Of a DNA stretch of 43,007 bases, positions 7,348-16,488 are shown piece after piece. The DNA lies in NCBI GenBank assembly GCA_964523515.1, contig CAZFZP010000001.1, positions 59,715-102,721 of the forward strand, in the 5' to 3' direction. Both the position numbers and the translations under genes were made by a program. This stretch comes from an uncultured Gammaproteobacteria bacterium. Its GTDB lineage: Bacteria; Patescibacteriota; Microgenomatia; Daviesbacterales; UBA10151. The notes beneath the pieces were generated by a model that was not told the DNA's origin, ran no database searches, and worked only from the letters and a program-made list of their open reading frames with translations. Numbering within the stretch: the stretch's first letter is position 1; the number at the start of each line of letters is the position of its first letter.

Positions 7348-9590
7348 CCCCTTCTGAGCAGAAGGACAATCATAACTAATAACCCTGCTAGCATAGTTAC
7401 TTTAGAAGATTTAATCCCATTAAGCAAATTCTTTTCAGGAGCAAATTCTAGAGATAGATTATAGCTTCCTACCTTATCAATTACAAATCCATTTGCATAG
7501 CCATTGGCTATTATATGCCGATTAGTTAATAAATATTCATTCTCCATTTTAAGTAACCATCCTGGATGATAAGTATTGTTAAATACTAATATAAACCTGC
7601 CTGCACTTCCTGTAATCTTAACTTCATAGTTTACAGGAGATATTTTTCTGTACTCAACTTTTTTTGGAGATACCTCAATCTTAATTAGTGCCGGATCAGT
7701 AATTTCTATAAACGGACTGCACTTTTGTTTATTAATGCAGATAAAAATCTCCGATTGAGGATTATATTGCTTATTTTTTAACAAAGATAGTAGCTCTTCC
7801 GGAGACTCACCAAATCTTACAGAAGATGGGGCATATATTACTGGTACAATCTTTTCCTGAGGCAAAGAAAACAGAGCGACCTCTGGAGAGTCAAATATCT
7901 GAGTCAGATTCGACTGCTCAATCATCTTCTTAGATCTTTTCAAAGCATCAAAGTTATAACCAAATGCTGCAACATCTGTATCTTTTCTAAAGGCAATAAT
8001 ATCTGCCGAAAAAAATTGCGCCGTTCCAATTAAATTATCGTCAATCTTTCCTTCGCTCTCTGCTGTCAATATATAACCATGAAACGATTTAGCGTCATAG
8101 GTTTTGGTAAGTGTTGGATAATTAAATAAATACTCACTTCCGTCTACTCCTTTATAACCACTAGTCCAGTTATAAAATCCAGAAGCACCTCCCATTACTG
8201 GAATTGATAATATCCTATGATCTCCTATTGGAATAGATTGATTGGCTGCTTGGAATGACGAAGGAACTTCCACTTTTATATCTCGTCCCCCAAAAGTAAC
8301 CATGGCACCAGTGAAAAATGGCCAGTGAAATAATAAAAGTAAAAATAATACGGAAAATAAGACAGTTATTCTGCTGCTCACATTTTTAATTTTCCAGAGG
8401 AGGTAATACGCTCCGTAAGCGAAAAGAGGGGAGTAGATAATTGGCAAGAGCATCCCAATTTTTTCTAAAGGATTTCTATAGAGTTGGAATATTATTGAGG
8501 ATTTAAAGATCAAAAGAAAGATAAACCCAAAAGGGAAAGAGGTTCCCTTAACCAAGAATAGCAATAATGCCATGCTAACTATTAGAAAAATCTTCACTTT
8601 ATTTGATCTAAGCTGAATCGCCCCCAAAATTGTCAGAACTGGAATTGTCCAACTCAATAATATAAATAAGGGAGTTTTGTATAAACTGCCAAAAACCTCG
8701 CCTCGATACAAAAAACCACCATGAATGAGTCTAATAACATTATCCACCGTAAAGTCTTTACTGTTTGCCTTAAGCGTTCCAATAGCATGTCCAATATCCG
8801 TCTCAGAAGCAAAAGCACTCGTGGAAAGATTAATAAAGGGAATTATCCACCAAAGATTAATGACTACCCAAAAGACAATCATTGAAAAGAAATACAATAA
8901 AGGCAATAAATTATACTCAACGTGCCCATTATTAGATTTAGACTTACTCAGAACAAGTGTATAAATAAACGGTAGTAACCATAAAAGTAGAGTTGATGAG
9001 GGAGCGGAGTAGCCAAAGGAGAATAGTAAAGTAATTAAGGGAAGCAGAAAAATAAAAATTAATCTTTTTTTATTTAATCCGACAATAAAAAGATATAAAA
9101 ATAGCGGCGCCAAAGCATAAAAAAACATAAAACTTAAGGCAAAGCGATACCAAACTCCCAACATAGATATAGGATTAAACAGATAGAAAACCGCAGCCAC
9201 TAGACCTACTACTAACAATTTTTCTTTACTAACTTGATCTTTAAAAAAATTAATTGTTAATAGATAGCAAGAAAAAGATCCAATAAACATCAACACAGCA
9301 AAGGTTCCAGCCTGTATTAACCAAACAGGTAGTCCTTGATTAACCAAGAATAACTCAAGGTGTAAATAAGGAATCATTGGATTAACTCCTGGGACAGCAA
9401 TACCTGACCCTACTTCATTCCAAGAATACTGATACAACTGAATAGACCGAGCAGGGTTAGCTAATACCAGACCCTCTTCTCCTGTTGCCAACATCTTACC
9501 ATCCTTGAACCAAATGATAACTGTGGACAAAGAAAGGAAACATAAAAGTAGCGATGGCAAGACGATTGACTTTAAAAGTTTAAATTTCAT
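7320..9590 (-). CDS. large polytopic membrane protein, probable GT-C glycosyltransferase (AftD/YfhO-like)
   Basis: About 12-13 TM segments, an acidic first loop (TGEE), FYLFNP, INLWWI.P and YRNPLEK. The C-terminal extracytoplasmic domain has YfhO-like LVFNNTYHPGW...HIIANGYANGF, followed by a terminal TM helix. Confidence 0.65.
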   Translation of the reverse strand: MKFKLLKSIVLPSLLLCFLSLSTVIIWFKDGKMLATGEEGLVLANPARSIQLYQYSWNEVGSGIAVPGVNPMIPYLHLELFLVNQGLPVWLIQAGTFAVLMFIGSFSCYLLTINFFKDQVSKEKLLVVGLVAAVFYLFNPISMLGVWYRFALSFMFFYALAPLFLYLFIVGLNKKRLIFIFLLPLITLLFSFGYSAPSSTLLLWLLPFIYTLVLSKSKSNNGHVEYNLLPLLYFFSMIVFWVVINLWWIIPFINLSTSAFASETDIGHAIGTLKANSKDFTVDNVIRLIHGGFLYRGEVFGSLYKTPLFILLSWTIPVLTILGAIQLRSNKVKIFLIVSMALLLFLVKGTSFPFGFIFLLIFKSSIIFQLYRNPLEKIGMLLPIIYSPLFAYGAYYLLWKIKNVSSRITVLFSVLFLLLLFHWPFFTGAMVTFGGRDIKVEVPSSFQAANQSIPIGDHRILSIPVMGGASGFYNWTSGYKGVDGSEYLFNYPTLTKTYDAKSFHGYILTAESEGKIDDNLIGTAQFFSADIIAFRKDTDVAAFGYNFDALKRSKKMIEQSNLTQIFDSPEVALFSLPQEKIVPVIYAPSSVRFGESPEELLSLLKNKQYNPQSEIFICINKQKCSPFIEITDPALIKIEVSPKKVEYRKISPVNYEVKITGSAGRFILVFNNTYHPGWLLKMENEYLLTNRHIIANGYANGFVIDKVGSYNLSLEFAPEKNLLNGIKSSKVTMLAGLLVMIVLLLRRGWGWKNKGK

Positions 9591-10405
9591 TTTTTTACTG
9601 ATGACACGAGTGAAACTCCAATCTCTCCATAAGTTCGGTTATTTAACTGATCTATCCAAAAAAACAACCCATATGGATTAACCGTAAGCATACCATCTTT
9701 AGAATTGGTGTTAAATTTGCTGACAACTCTTCTTATTGAGGAATTTTTTCTATTGACTAAGAACCTTGCTGCTAAATTTAAAAGGTGATGATTAAAAGGT
9801 AGGCAATACGAAGTTAGAATCTGTGTTTCGATAGACTTGAATTTAGAGCTTTTTAATTTAGATGTCAACAATGATTGAGAATATAGCCTTAGATGATTGT
9901 TCCAAAAACCAGCCCAAAAACCTGATTTAATATGAGTTCCCATAAACCTTTCTAAGACCCAATTTATTGGATCCCAAAAGAACGGATAGTTGGCATGGGG
10001 CACACTAAAAAAAGCCAGGCCCGAAGGTCTTAATATTCTGTAGACCTCTGATATTCCTTTGGCATCATTTTCAAGGTGCTCTAAAACTTCACTCACGATA
10101 ATCAAGTCAAAGCTTTCATCCTTAAATGGCAACTTATAGATGCTTCCCTTCTTTAACTCTATCTTATCACCTAGCAAATTTCTCTTGGCACTTTTTAACG
10201 CTTTAGGGTCAGGATCTATGCCTATTATCTCTGCACTAGGAATTACTGAAGAAAGTAAATATAGATAAAACCCATCTCCACAACCAATATCCAAAATTTT
10301 CTTAGGACGAGATTTAATTATTCTCTCCAATATCCACCTTGCTCTTCGCCTTAAGGCTACATCACCTGTACGGGATAACAGGTTCTCTATTTGATTATTT
10401 CTCAT
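9587..10405 (-). CDS. class I SAM-dependent methyltransferase (Methyltransf_11-like)
   Basis: ILDIGCGDG, LPFKDESFDLI, EVLEH and RILRPSG. The ATG at 10405 is preferred because it gives a short overlap with the upstream gene. Confidence 0.9.
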   Translation of the reverse strand: MRNNQIENLLSRTGDVALRRRARWILERIIKSRPKKILDIGCGDGFYLYLLSSVIPSAEIIGIDPDPKALKSAKRNLLGDKIELKKGSIYKLPFKDESFDLIIVSEVLEHLENDAKGISEVYRILRPSGLAFFSVPHANYPFFWDPINWVLERFMGTHIKSGFWAGFWNNHLRLYSQSLLTSKLKSSKFKSIETQILTSYCLPFNHHLLNLAARFLVNRKNSSIRRVVSKFNTNSKDGMLTVNPYGLFFWIDQLNNRTYGEIGVSLVSSVKK

Positions 10406-11549
10406 ATTGATAGTGTTCAATAATACCTTGAATATTCTTCTCGCCAAAATTCTTCACTGCATACTTTCTACACCCACTACGAAGGATCTTTAGTTCCTCC
10501 GGCTTTTTGTATAAGCTATTTATAATATTACTAAAACTTACCGAGTTAGGAGTTACTAGTTTACCTACAAGCGAAGAGACAACATCTGATAATCCTCCTT
10601 TTTTAGAAGCAACAACTGGGGTACCACAAGATATTGCCTCCATCGCCACAAACCCCCAACCCTCGTCTACAATAGATGGAACTATTAACAGATCAGCTGC
10701 ACTATAATACAGAGGTAACCTATCATTTTCTATTCTACCCAAATAAGTTAAATTCCGATTCTTTTTAGCTGCCTGTTCAAGATATGTTCTCGAGGGTCCA
10801 TCACCTGCAATCATTACATTAATATGTTTATTAAGTTTATCCAACATCTTTACTATAATTTTAATGCCCTTAGTTTCAATTAATCTACCTACAAATAAAA
10901 CTGTAAATCCTTTAAAATTAAGTTGTTTTTCCGCTAATATTTTATTATGTGGTATAAATCTAGATAAATTTAACCAGTATCTAAAAAGTTTAACTTTTTC
11001 TTTCTTGACGCCTATAGAAATTAACTCATCTGCTGCAGTTTGAGTTGGTGCTAAAACTGTATCTGCCATATTAAAAATCAAACTGGCCACTTTTGTGTAT
11101 AATCCCTCTTTTGGGAAAAAATACATGTTGTGAATACTACTAACTAAACGTTTTCTAAATACAACTGCTAATATCCCTCCCACTGTTGTAGGTACTAACC
11201 CTTGTGAATGTACAACATTTATATTATCTGAGTGTTTGATCAAAATAAATAAACTAATTATAAAAAGCCCCGGAAATAAATATAAAAACTCTAATAATGG
11301 ATAGTGGGTCAGCTTGTGGACAATATTAAATCCTAACCAGGGAAATCTATAAACCGATACCCCTTTACTATTTTCAAAATAAGGAGCTTGAACCATTGAT
11401 GCAAGCGGTTGGTAGGTAGAGATTAACACCTTCCAGCTACTTTTTATTAATCCCGAAACTAAAGCTTGCAGATGAGATTCTACTCCTCCAAAATTTGGAG
11501 GATAATGTGAGGTTATAATTAGAACCGTCTGCTTCTTGTTAATTGTCAT
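10395..11549 (-). CDS. GT4 glycosyltransferase
   Basis: PPNFGGVE, FVGRLIETKG and EGWGFVAMEAISCGTPVV (EX7E). Confidence 0.92.
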   Translation of the reverse strand: MTINKKQTVLIITSHYPPNFGGVESHLQALVSGLIKSSWKVLISTYQPLASMVQAPYFENSKGVSVYRFPWLGFNIVHKLTHYPLLEFLYLFPGLFIISLFILIKHSDNINVVHSQGLVPTTVGGILAVVFRKRLVSSIHNMYFFPKEGLYTKVASLIFNMADTVLAPTQTAADELISIGVKKEKVKLFRYWLNLSRFIPHNKILAEKQLNFKGFTVLFVGRLIETKGIKIIVKMLDKLNKHINVMIAGDGPSRTYLEQAAKKNRNLTYLGRIENDRLPLYYSAADLLIVPSIVDEGWGFVAMEAISCGTPVVASKKGGLSDVVSSLVGKLVTPNSVSFSNIINSLYKKPEELKILRSGCRKYAVKNFGEKNIQGIIEHYQYEK

Positions 11550-12684
11550 AATATTTTAATATCATACGAGCGTTTTTTTGACTGTACCGGATTTTAGCAT
11601 AAACCATTGCACTGATCTTCATATTATCTAACTTCTTTTTATTACGTATTAGTTGCTCTAGGGTGTCCTTAATTATTTTGGGTGTAATTTTTATTAAAAT
11701 TCCCACGTCTGATGTAATTGCTTCTTTAATTCCTCCTCTATTTGATGCAATGACTGGTAAACCGGATGATAATGCCTCAAGAATAACCCTACCGAATCCT
11801 TCTTCATGAATTGATGGGACAATTAACACATCTGCCGCATTATAGAAATTAGCCAATTCCTTATTATTTATTTTTCCTTTAAATAAAATGTTTGAATTTC
11901 TGATAACTTCTGCTTCTACAATTGGAGTCAGGGGTCCATCGCCAGCAATTAAGTATACAATTTTCTTGTTTTTTGAAAGCCGAGTAGCCTGCAAAAGTTC
12001 TTTTATGCCCTTCACTTCGACCAATCTACCGACAAACAAGCAGATGAATTTGTCCTTAGATAAATTTAATATCACTCTTGCTCGATCTTTAGCTCTATAT
12101 TTAAAAGTTTTCTGATCTACCCAATAAATGAAAACTTCAACATTCTCTTTCGGTACACCTAACCCCACTACCTCTTCATACGACTGTCTGGAAAGAGTTA
12201 AAACCTTAGTGCAACTTTCGAATATCACTTTTATAAAATACCTATACAAACCATTTTTAGGAAAATTGTATATGGAATGAGTTGACACTATAAAAGGTAC
12301 CATAAATATCTTACTCAAAAAAAATCCAACTGCTCCAGCGACTAAGCCCTGACTATGAATAATTTTTATTTTAGAATGAGATTTAAACATCAGCAATAAA
12401 CCACCAATAAATAGTGGTGGAAATAAGTATAAAAATTCCAGAAAGGGATATTTTTCTAATAGCAGAAAAAGATTCATTCTAAGCCAAGGGATTCTGTAGA
12501 CAGTTAGTCCTTTAGATCTTTCTATATATTTACCCTTTGCATTGGTGATCAAGGGTTGATAGGTCAATACTGTAAATTTGAAACCTCTACCTATTCCCAC
12601 CTCTATCAAATCATCTAAATGGGTTTCTACTCCCCCAATATTAGGCCTAAAAGGCGTTGTTAAAATTAATACCTGCTTATTCAT
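11539..12684 (-). CDS. GT4 glycosyltransferase
   Basis: PNIGGVE, FVGRLVEVKG and EGFGRVILEALSSGLPVI. Confidence 0.92.
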   Translation of the reverse strand: MNKQVLILTTPFRPNIGGVETHLDDLIEVGIGRGFKFTVLTYQPLITNAKGKYIERSKGLTVYRIPWLRMNLFLLLEKYPFLEFLYLFPPLFIGGLLLMFKSHSKIKIIHSQGLVAGAVGFFLSKIFMVPFIVSTHSIYNFPKNGLYRYFIKVIFESCTKVLTLSRQSYEEVVGLGVPKENVEVFIYWVDQKTFKYRAKDRARVILNLSKDKFICLFVGRLVEVKGIKELLQATRLSKNKKIVYLIAGDGPLTPIVEAEVIRNSNILFKGKINNKELANFYNAADVLIVPSIHEEGFGRVILEALSSGLPVIASNRGGIKEAITSDVGILIKITPKIIKDTLEQLIRNKKKLDNMKISAMVYAKIRYSQKNARMILKYYDN

Positions 12685-13519
12685 TATTTTTTGAATACTT
12701 TATCCTACCAATTAAGTAACCAAATCCCCCACACAAGGTTTCCATCCCTAATACATAAATCAATAATATCGTTAGCTTAGGATTACTAATCAGAATTTTC
12801 CATTGTTTATAAAACACTGGCCTTAAAAAATAGACAGTTTTAGCTCCAACTAGTGAAATACTATTCTTTTTAAGATAACTGTGTGTACCCAGCCCGTAAT
12901 AATATTTTTTTCTTAATAATGAGACTAGGGAGGGAATCCTTTCATAATGATATATTAATGACCTTACTCTACCAATCTGATAGCCACTTTTTTTCACTCT
13001 TTCTGGTAAATCCCAATCTTCTGGACCTGTAATTGAAGTATCATAACCGCCAATTTTATCAAGAACCTTTTTTTTAAAAAACCTAGCAGCATCGGTGATT
13101 GGATCTCCTTTCCTGTTATAGAAAAATCTCTCATAAGCCTTTATCTGCTCCCAAATATTGGAAGCTACTGACTGCTCAGGAATAACTATCGCATCTATTT
13201 GTTTTGTTTTAAAAAGTTTCACGGATTTTTCTATTAAATCTACTTTTAATTCCATGTCAGCGTCAAGAAAAAGGATCATCTCTCCATTTGCTTTTTTTAA
13301 GCCTAAATTCCGTTGAGCACTTCTTTCTGGACCATAATCATAGATATGAGTCGTATACTTTCTTGCTATTTGTTTAGTTTTATCAGTAGATTTATTATCA
13401 ACCAAAATCACCTCTATCTTTTTGTAAGTTTGATGTTTGATTGATTTTAGTAAGCGCTCAATAACCAGCTCTTCATTTCGGGTAGTGACAATTACTGAAA
13501 CTAAATTTATATCGCTCAT
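12677..13519 (-). CDS. GT2 glycosyltransferase
   Basis: VSVIVTTRNEE, VDNKSTD, RN.G, FLDADM and GPEDWD. Confidence 0.92.
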   Translation of the reverse strand: MSDINLVSVIVTTRNEELVIERLLKSIKHQTYKKIEVILVDNKSTDKTKQIARKYTTHIYDYGPERSAQRNLGLKKANGEMILFLDADMELKVDLIEKSVKLFKTKQIDAIVIPEQSVASNIWEQIKAYERFFYNRKGDPITDAARFFKKKVLDKIGGYDTSITGPEDWDLPERVKKSGYQIGRVRSLIYHYERIPSLVSLLRKKYYYGLGTHSYLKKNSISLVGAKTVYFLRPVFYKQWKILISNPKLTILLIYVLGMETLCGGFGYLIGRIKYSKNNE

Positions 13520-13531
13520 TTTATATATTTG

Positions 13532-13544
13532 TGATAGAATAGCA
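13532..13544. promoter_or_regulatory. overlapping divergent extended -10 elements (+ TGaTAGAAT 13532-13540; - TGcTATTCT 13544-13536)
   Basis: Lies in the 42-nt gap between the divergent genes starting at 13519(-) and 13562(+). Confidence 0.4.
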
Positions 13545-13561
13545 AAACTTTACTGTGATCA

Positions 13562-14380
13562 ATGAAAAGCACTGAGTCGAATATTAAATCCCTGTCACGA
13601 AATTGGCAACTACCCACCTTTAAGGTTAAAGAGTTTCGATCCAAAAGAACCAAATATTGTATTTTAATCCCGGTGATTAATGAGGGATCTAAAATACAGA
13701 AACAACTAATAAGAATGCGCCGTTATTCTAGATTGGCAGATATTATTATCTGTGATGGGGGGAGTACCGATGCATCTATGAATATTAAATTTTTAAAGTC
13801 GCAGGGAGTTAGAACTTTACTGATAAAAACAAGTATCGGTAGACAGGGAACTCAGCTTCGGATGGGTTGCAGCTATTCTTTAAAACAAGGGTATGAAGGA
13901 ATTATTGTCCTCGATGGAAATAACAAAGATGGAGTTTCGGCTATACCGAAATTTATAAACGCACTCGATGAAGGCTTTGACTATGTTCAAGGTTCAAGAT
14001 TTATTAAAGGAGGCTACCACGAGAACACTCCTCCTCTACGATATTGGGCTATTAGATTGATGCACGCTCCACTCCTTAGCTTGGCTGCCGGAAAATGGTA
14101 CTCTGACACTACTAATGGTTTTAGAGCACTAAGTAGAAAGTATCTTTTGGATAAACAGGTTGATCCTTTCAGAAATATCTTTATTAAATATGAATTCTTT
14201 TTCTACCTTACAGCTCGTGCTAATCAGCTTGGATTTAAAACCAAGGAACTCCCTGTCACTCGCAGATATCCTAAAGGGGAGATTCCAACTAAAATAAAAG
14301 GGTTCTACGGAAACCTAGATATGTTAATAACAGTATTCAAAGTTTTATTTAGATACTACCACCCAGTAAGTAAGTTGTGA
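13562..14380 (+). CDS. GT2 glycosyltransferase, DPM1-like (polyprenol-phosphate glycosyltransferase)
   Basis: ILIPVINE, CDGGSTD, LDGNNKD, VQGSRF and DTTNGFRA. Confidence 0.85.
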   Translation: MKSTESNIKSLSRNWQLPTFKVKEFRSKRTKYCILIPVINEGSKIQKQLIRMRRYSRLADIIICDGGSTDASMNIKFLKSQGVRTLLIKTSIGRQGTQLRMGCSYSLKQGYEGIIVLDGNNKDGVSAIPKFINALDEGFDYVQGSRFIKGGYHENTPPLRYWAIRLMHAPLLSLAAGKWYSDTTNGFRALSRKYLLDKQVDPFRNIFIKYEFFFYLTARANQLGFKTKELPVTRRYPKGEIPTKIKGFYGNLDMLITVFKVLFRYYHPVSKL

Positions 14381-14399
14381 TAGGATGGGACCAAATATT

Positions 14400-15533
14400 A
14401 TGACTAAGCGCGCTTTAATAACCGGTTCTTCGGGGTTAGTTGGATCAGAAGCAGTTAAATTCCTATGTAAAAAAAACTGGAAGGTCTTTGGGATTGACAA
14501 TAACATTAGAGCTTATCTCTTCGGAGAAGATGCTTCAACTGAACCAGAAAGAATTAAATTAGATATCTCACTTAAAAACTTTTTTCATATCCCCGTTGAT
14601 ATTCGCGATAACGAAGCTATAAATAAAGTGTTTGCAAGTTACGGTCCGTTTGATTTTATTATTCATGCTGCATCTCAGCCCGCTCATGAATGGTCGACAA
14701 ATAACGCGATAGAGGATTTTCAAATTAACGCCCTGGGTACTATGAATGTTTTAGAAGCATATAGACAAAAATCTCCCCGGGCTGTCTTCATTCATTGCTC
14801 GTCTTCCAAGGTGTATGGGGATCACGTTAATCGACTGCCTTTAAAAGAATACTCGTCCCGTTTTGATCTACCCAAAAACCACCCATTGTTTGCGGGTACT
14901 ACGGAAGATATGCACCTAGATAAATCAATGCATTCTCTTTTTGGGGCTTCTAAGGCCTGTGGGGATATTATGGCTCAAGAATATGGTAGATATTTTCACT
15001 TACCAATCGCATTATTTAGACCTGTGTGTATCACTGGCCCTGCTCATAAAGGAGCAAAACTACATGGTTATTTAGCATACCTTGTTAAATGTATCGCTGA
15101 TGGCACTGAATATACAATTAACGGTTACAAGGGCAAACAAGTTAGAGGGAATATTCACAGCTATGATTTAGTCACCGCCTTTTGGGAAGTGTTTAAAAAT
15201 CCCAAACATTCATATGGGACCGCTTACAACATTGATGGAGGCAGACTTTCTAATAACTCAATGCTGGAGGCTATCGCTCAAGCAGAAAAAATACTGGGTA
15301 CAAAAGGTAATATTAAGTATTCAGACGTTAATCGACAAGGTGATCATATGTGGTGTATTTTTTCGAATGCTAAGTTTCAGAAAAATTACCCAAAATGGAA
15401 GATTACTTATGATAACGATCGCATAATGGAAGAACTATGTGCAGTTCACCAAATAAATATAAAACAAGATGATGGTATAAAAGTACAAAAGAGGCGAGGT
15501 AGACCGAGAAAGGTTGATGTAAGCAATTTGTAG
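14400..15533 (+). CDS. NAD-dependent epimerase/dehydratase (CDP-tyvelose/paratose 2-epimerase-like extended SDR) with C-terminal AT-hook-like tail
   Basis: LITGSSGLVG, IIHAASQP, SSSKVYG, SLFGASK and GYKGKQVR. The tail contains KRRGRPRK. The start could also be 14385. Confidence 0.88.
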   Translation: MTKRALITGSSGLVGSEAVKFLCKKNWKVFGIDNNIRAYLFGEDASTEPERIKLDISLKNFFHIPVDIRDNEAINKVFASYGPFDFIIHAASQPAHEWSTNNAIEDFQINALGTMNVLEAYRQKSPRAVFIHCSSSKVYGDHVNRLPLKEYSSRFDLPKNHPLFAGTTEDMHLDKSMHSLFGASKACGDIMAQEYGRYFHLPIALFRPVCITGPAHKGAKLHGYLAYLVKCIADGTEYTINGYKGKQVRGNIHSYDLVTAFWEVFKNPKHSYGTAYNIDGGRLSNNSMLEAIAQAEKILGTKGNIKYSDVNRQGDHMWCIFSNAKFQKNYPKWKITYDNDRIMEELCAVHQINIKQDDGIKVQKRRGRPRKVDVSNL

Positions 15534-15581
15534 TCGTGTAGTCTGTTTACATGAACTGTCTGGTATCTGAATATATATTTA

Positions 15582-15590
15582 TGCTATGAT
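15582..15590 (+). promoter_or_regulatory. putative extended -10 promoter TGcTATGAT
   Basis: 10 nt upstream of the ATG at 15601, with no SD sequence. Confidence 0.55.
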
Positions 15591-15600
15591 TCACTGATAA

Positions 15601-16488
15601 ATGAGTAGAGAATCAGCTTCTGTACGACAAGTTTCACAAATAGAATCTAATATGGGTTTTGAGAGTTCTGGGATGTTAAGGTTTCTAAGTCAGAATCCTC
15701 GTGTTAGCCAGATTATGAATGCCTATTCTTTTGCATTCATTGATAGATCAGGAGATTGGAAATTTCCTACAACTGTACTTCCCGAGGATGAAAAAACTGA
15801 TCCAGAATTAGCTAACCAGGCATTTAGAGGAAGGGTCGCACGTCACACTACAGCTGTAGGTATGACAATGAACATGATACTAACTGAATTAGAGAGTTCT
15901 TCTGATGTGGGACTTGACTCTGATACAATCCGACTCGCTACTGAGGTCATGGTTTTACACGACATTGGAAAATTAGAAGAGATCCTGCTACGCCAGCCCT
16001 TAGGATCTTCAGGCAAAGCATATGATTTAGCAGAGGATCACGTTACAGATTTACTTCTCAAAGCAGGATACCCACCAGAGTTTGTACAATTACCTGGTAG
16101 TATTGGACATAACGGAGCCCGGGATTTTGTCACAGCTCCGCTTCTTTGGCCTTTAATTAGACAAGCTGCTTATTTATCAGATGAACTATTACAAGAAACG
16201 GTCATTCAACCAGACATCACTGCAAAATCCAGAAGATTACAAACAGATACAAGATATGCTGACTTAAATAACTCTGGATTCCCTGAAAGATCATACTTAC
16301 CTCAATTTACAAATCCTGATCAAACTTTGAGACCAAAATATAAGATACAGGAAGAAGCTACAATTCAAATGGCCATAAATCTCAGCGATAAGTTTATGAT
16401 TGAGTGGAGTGATTTGGGTAGATTCCTCATCCAAACAGCAGTTGAGAGAGAAATTTATCGAGCAGAGTTATTATCTTCTCCTAATTAA
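15601..16488 (+). CDS. HD-domain (metal-dependent phosphohydrolase-like) protein
   Basis: H...HD...H...D pattern: ARHTTAVG, VLHDIGK, IGHNG and YLSDEL. Confidence 0.65.
   Translation: MSRESASVRQVSQIESNMGFESSGMLRFLSQNPRVSQIMNAYSFAFIDRSGDWKFPTTVLPEDEKTDPELANQAFRGRVARHTTAVGMTMNMILTELESSSDVGLDSDTIRLATEVMVLHDIGKLEEILLRQPLGSSGKAYDLAEDHVTDLLLKAGYPPEFVQLPGSIGHNGARDFVTAPLLWPLIRQAAYLSDELLQETVIQPDITAKSRRLQTDTRYADLNNSGFPERSYLPQFTNPDQTLRPKYKIQEEATIQMAINLSDKFMIEWSDLGRFLIQTAVEREIYRAELLSSPN

Noticed and set aside
15214-15426. Same-strand alternative-frame ORFs (15214..15426, 26067..26291, 27416..27613)
   Set aside because: They are nested in or overlap intact genes, with no sign of a frameshift in the host gene and no motifs.
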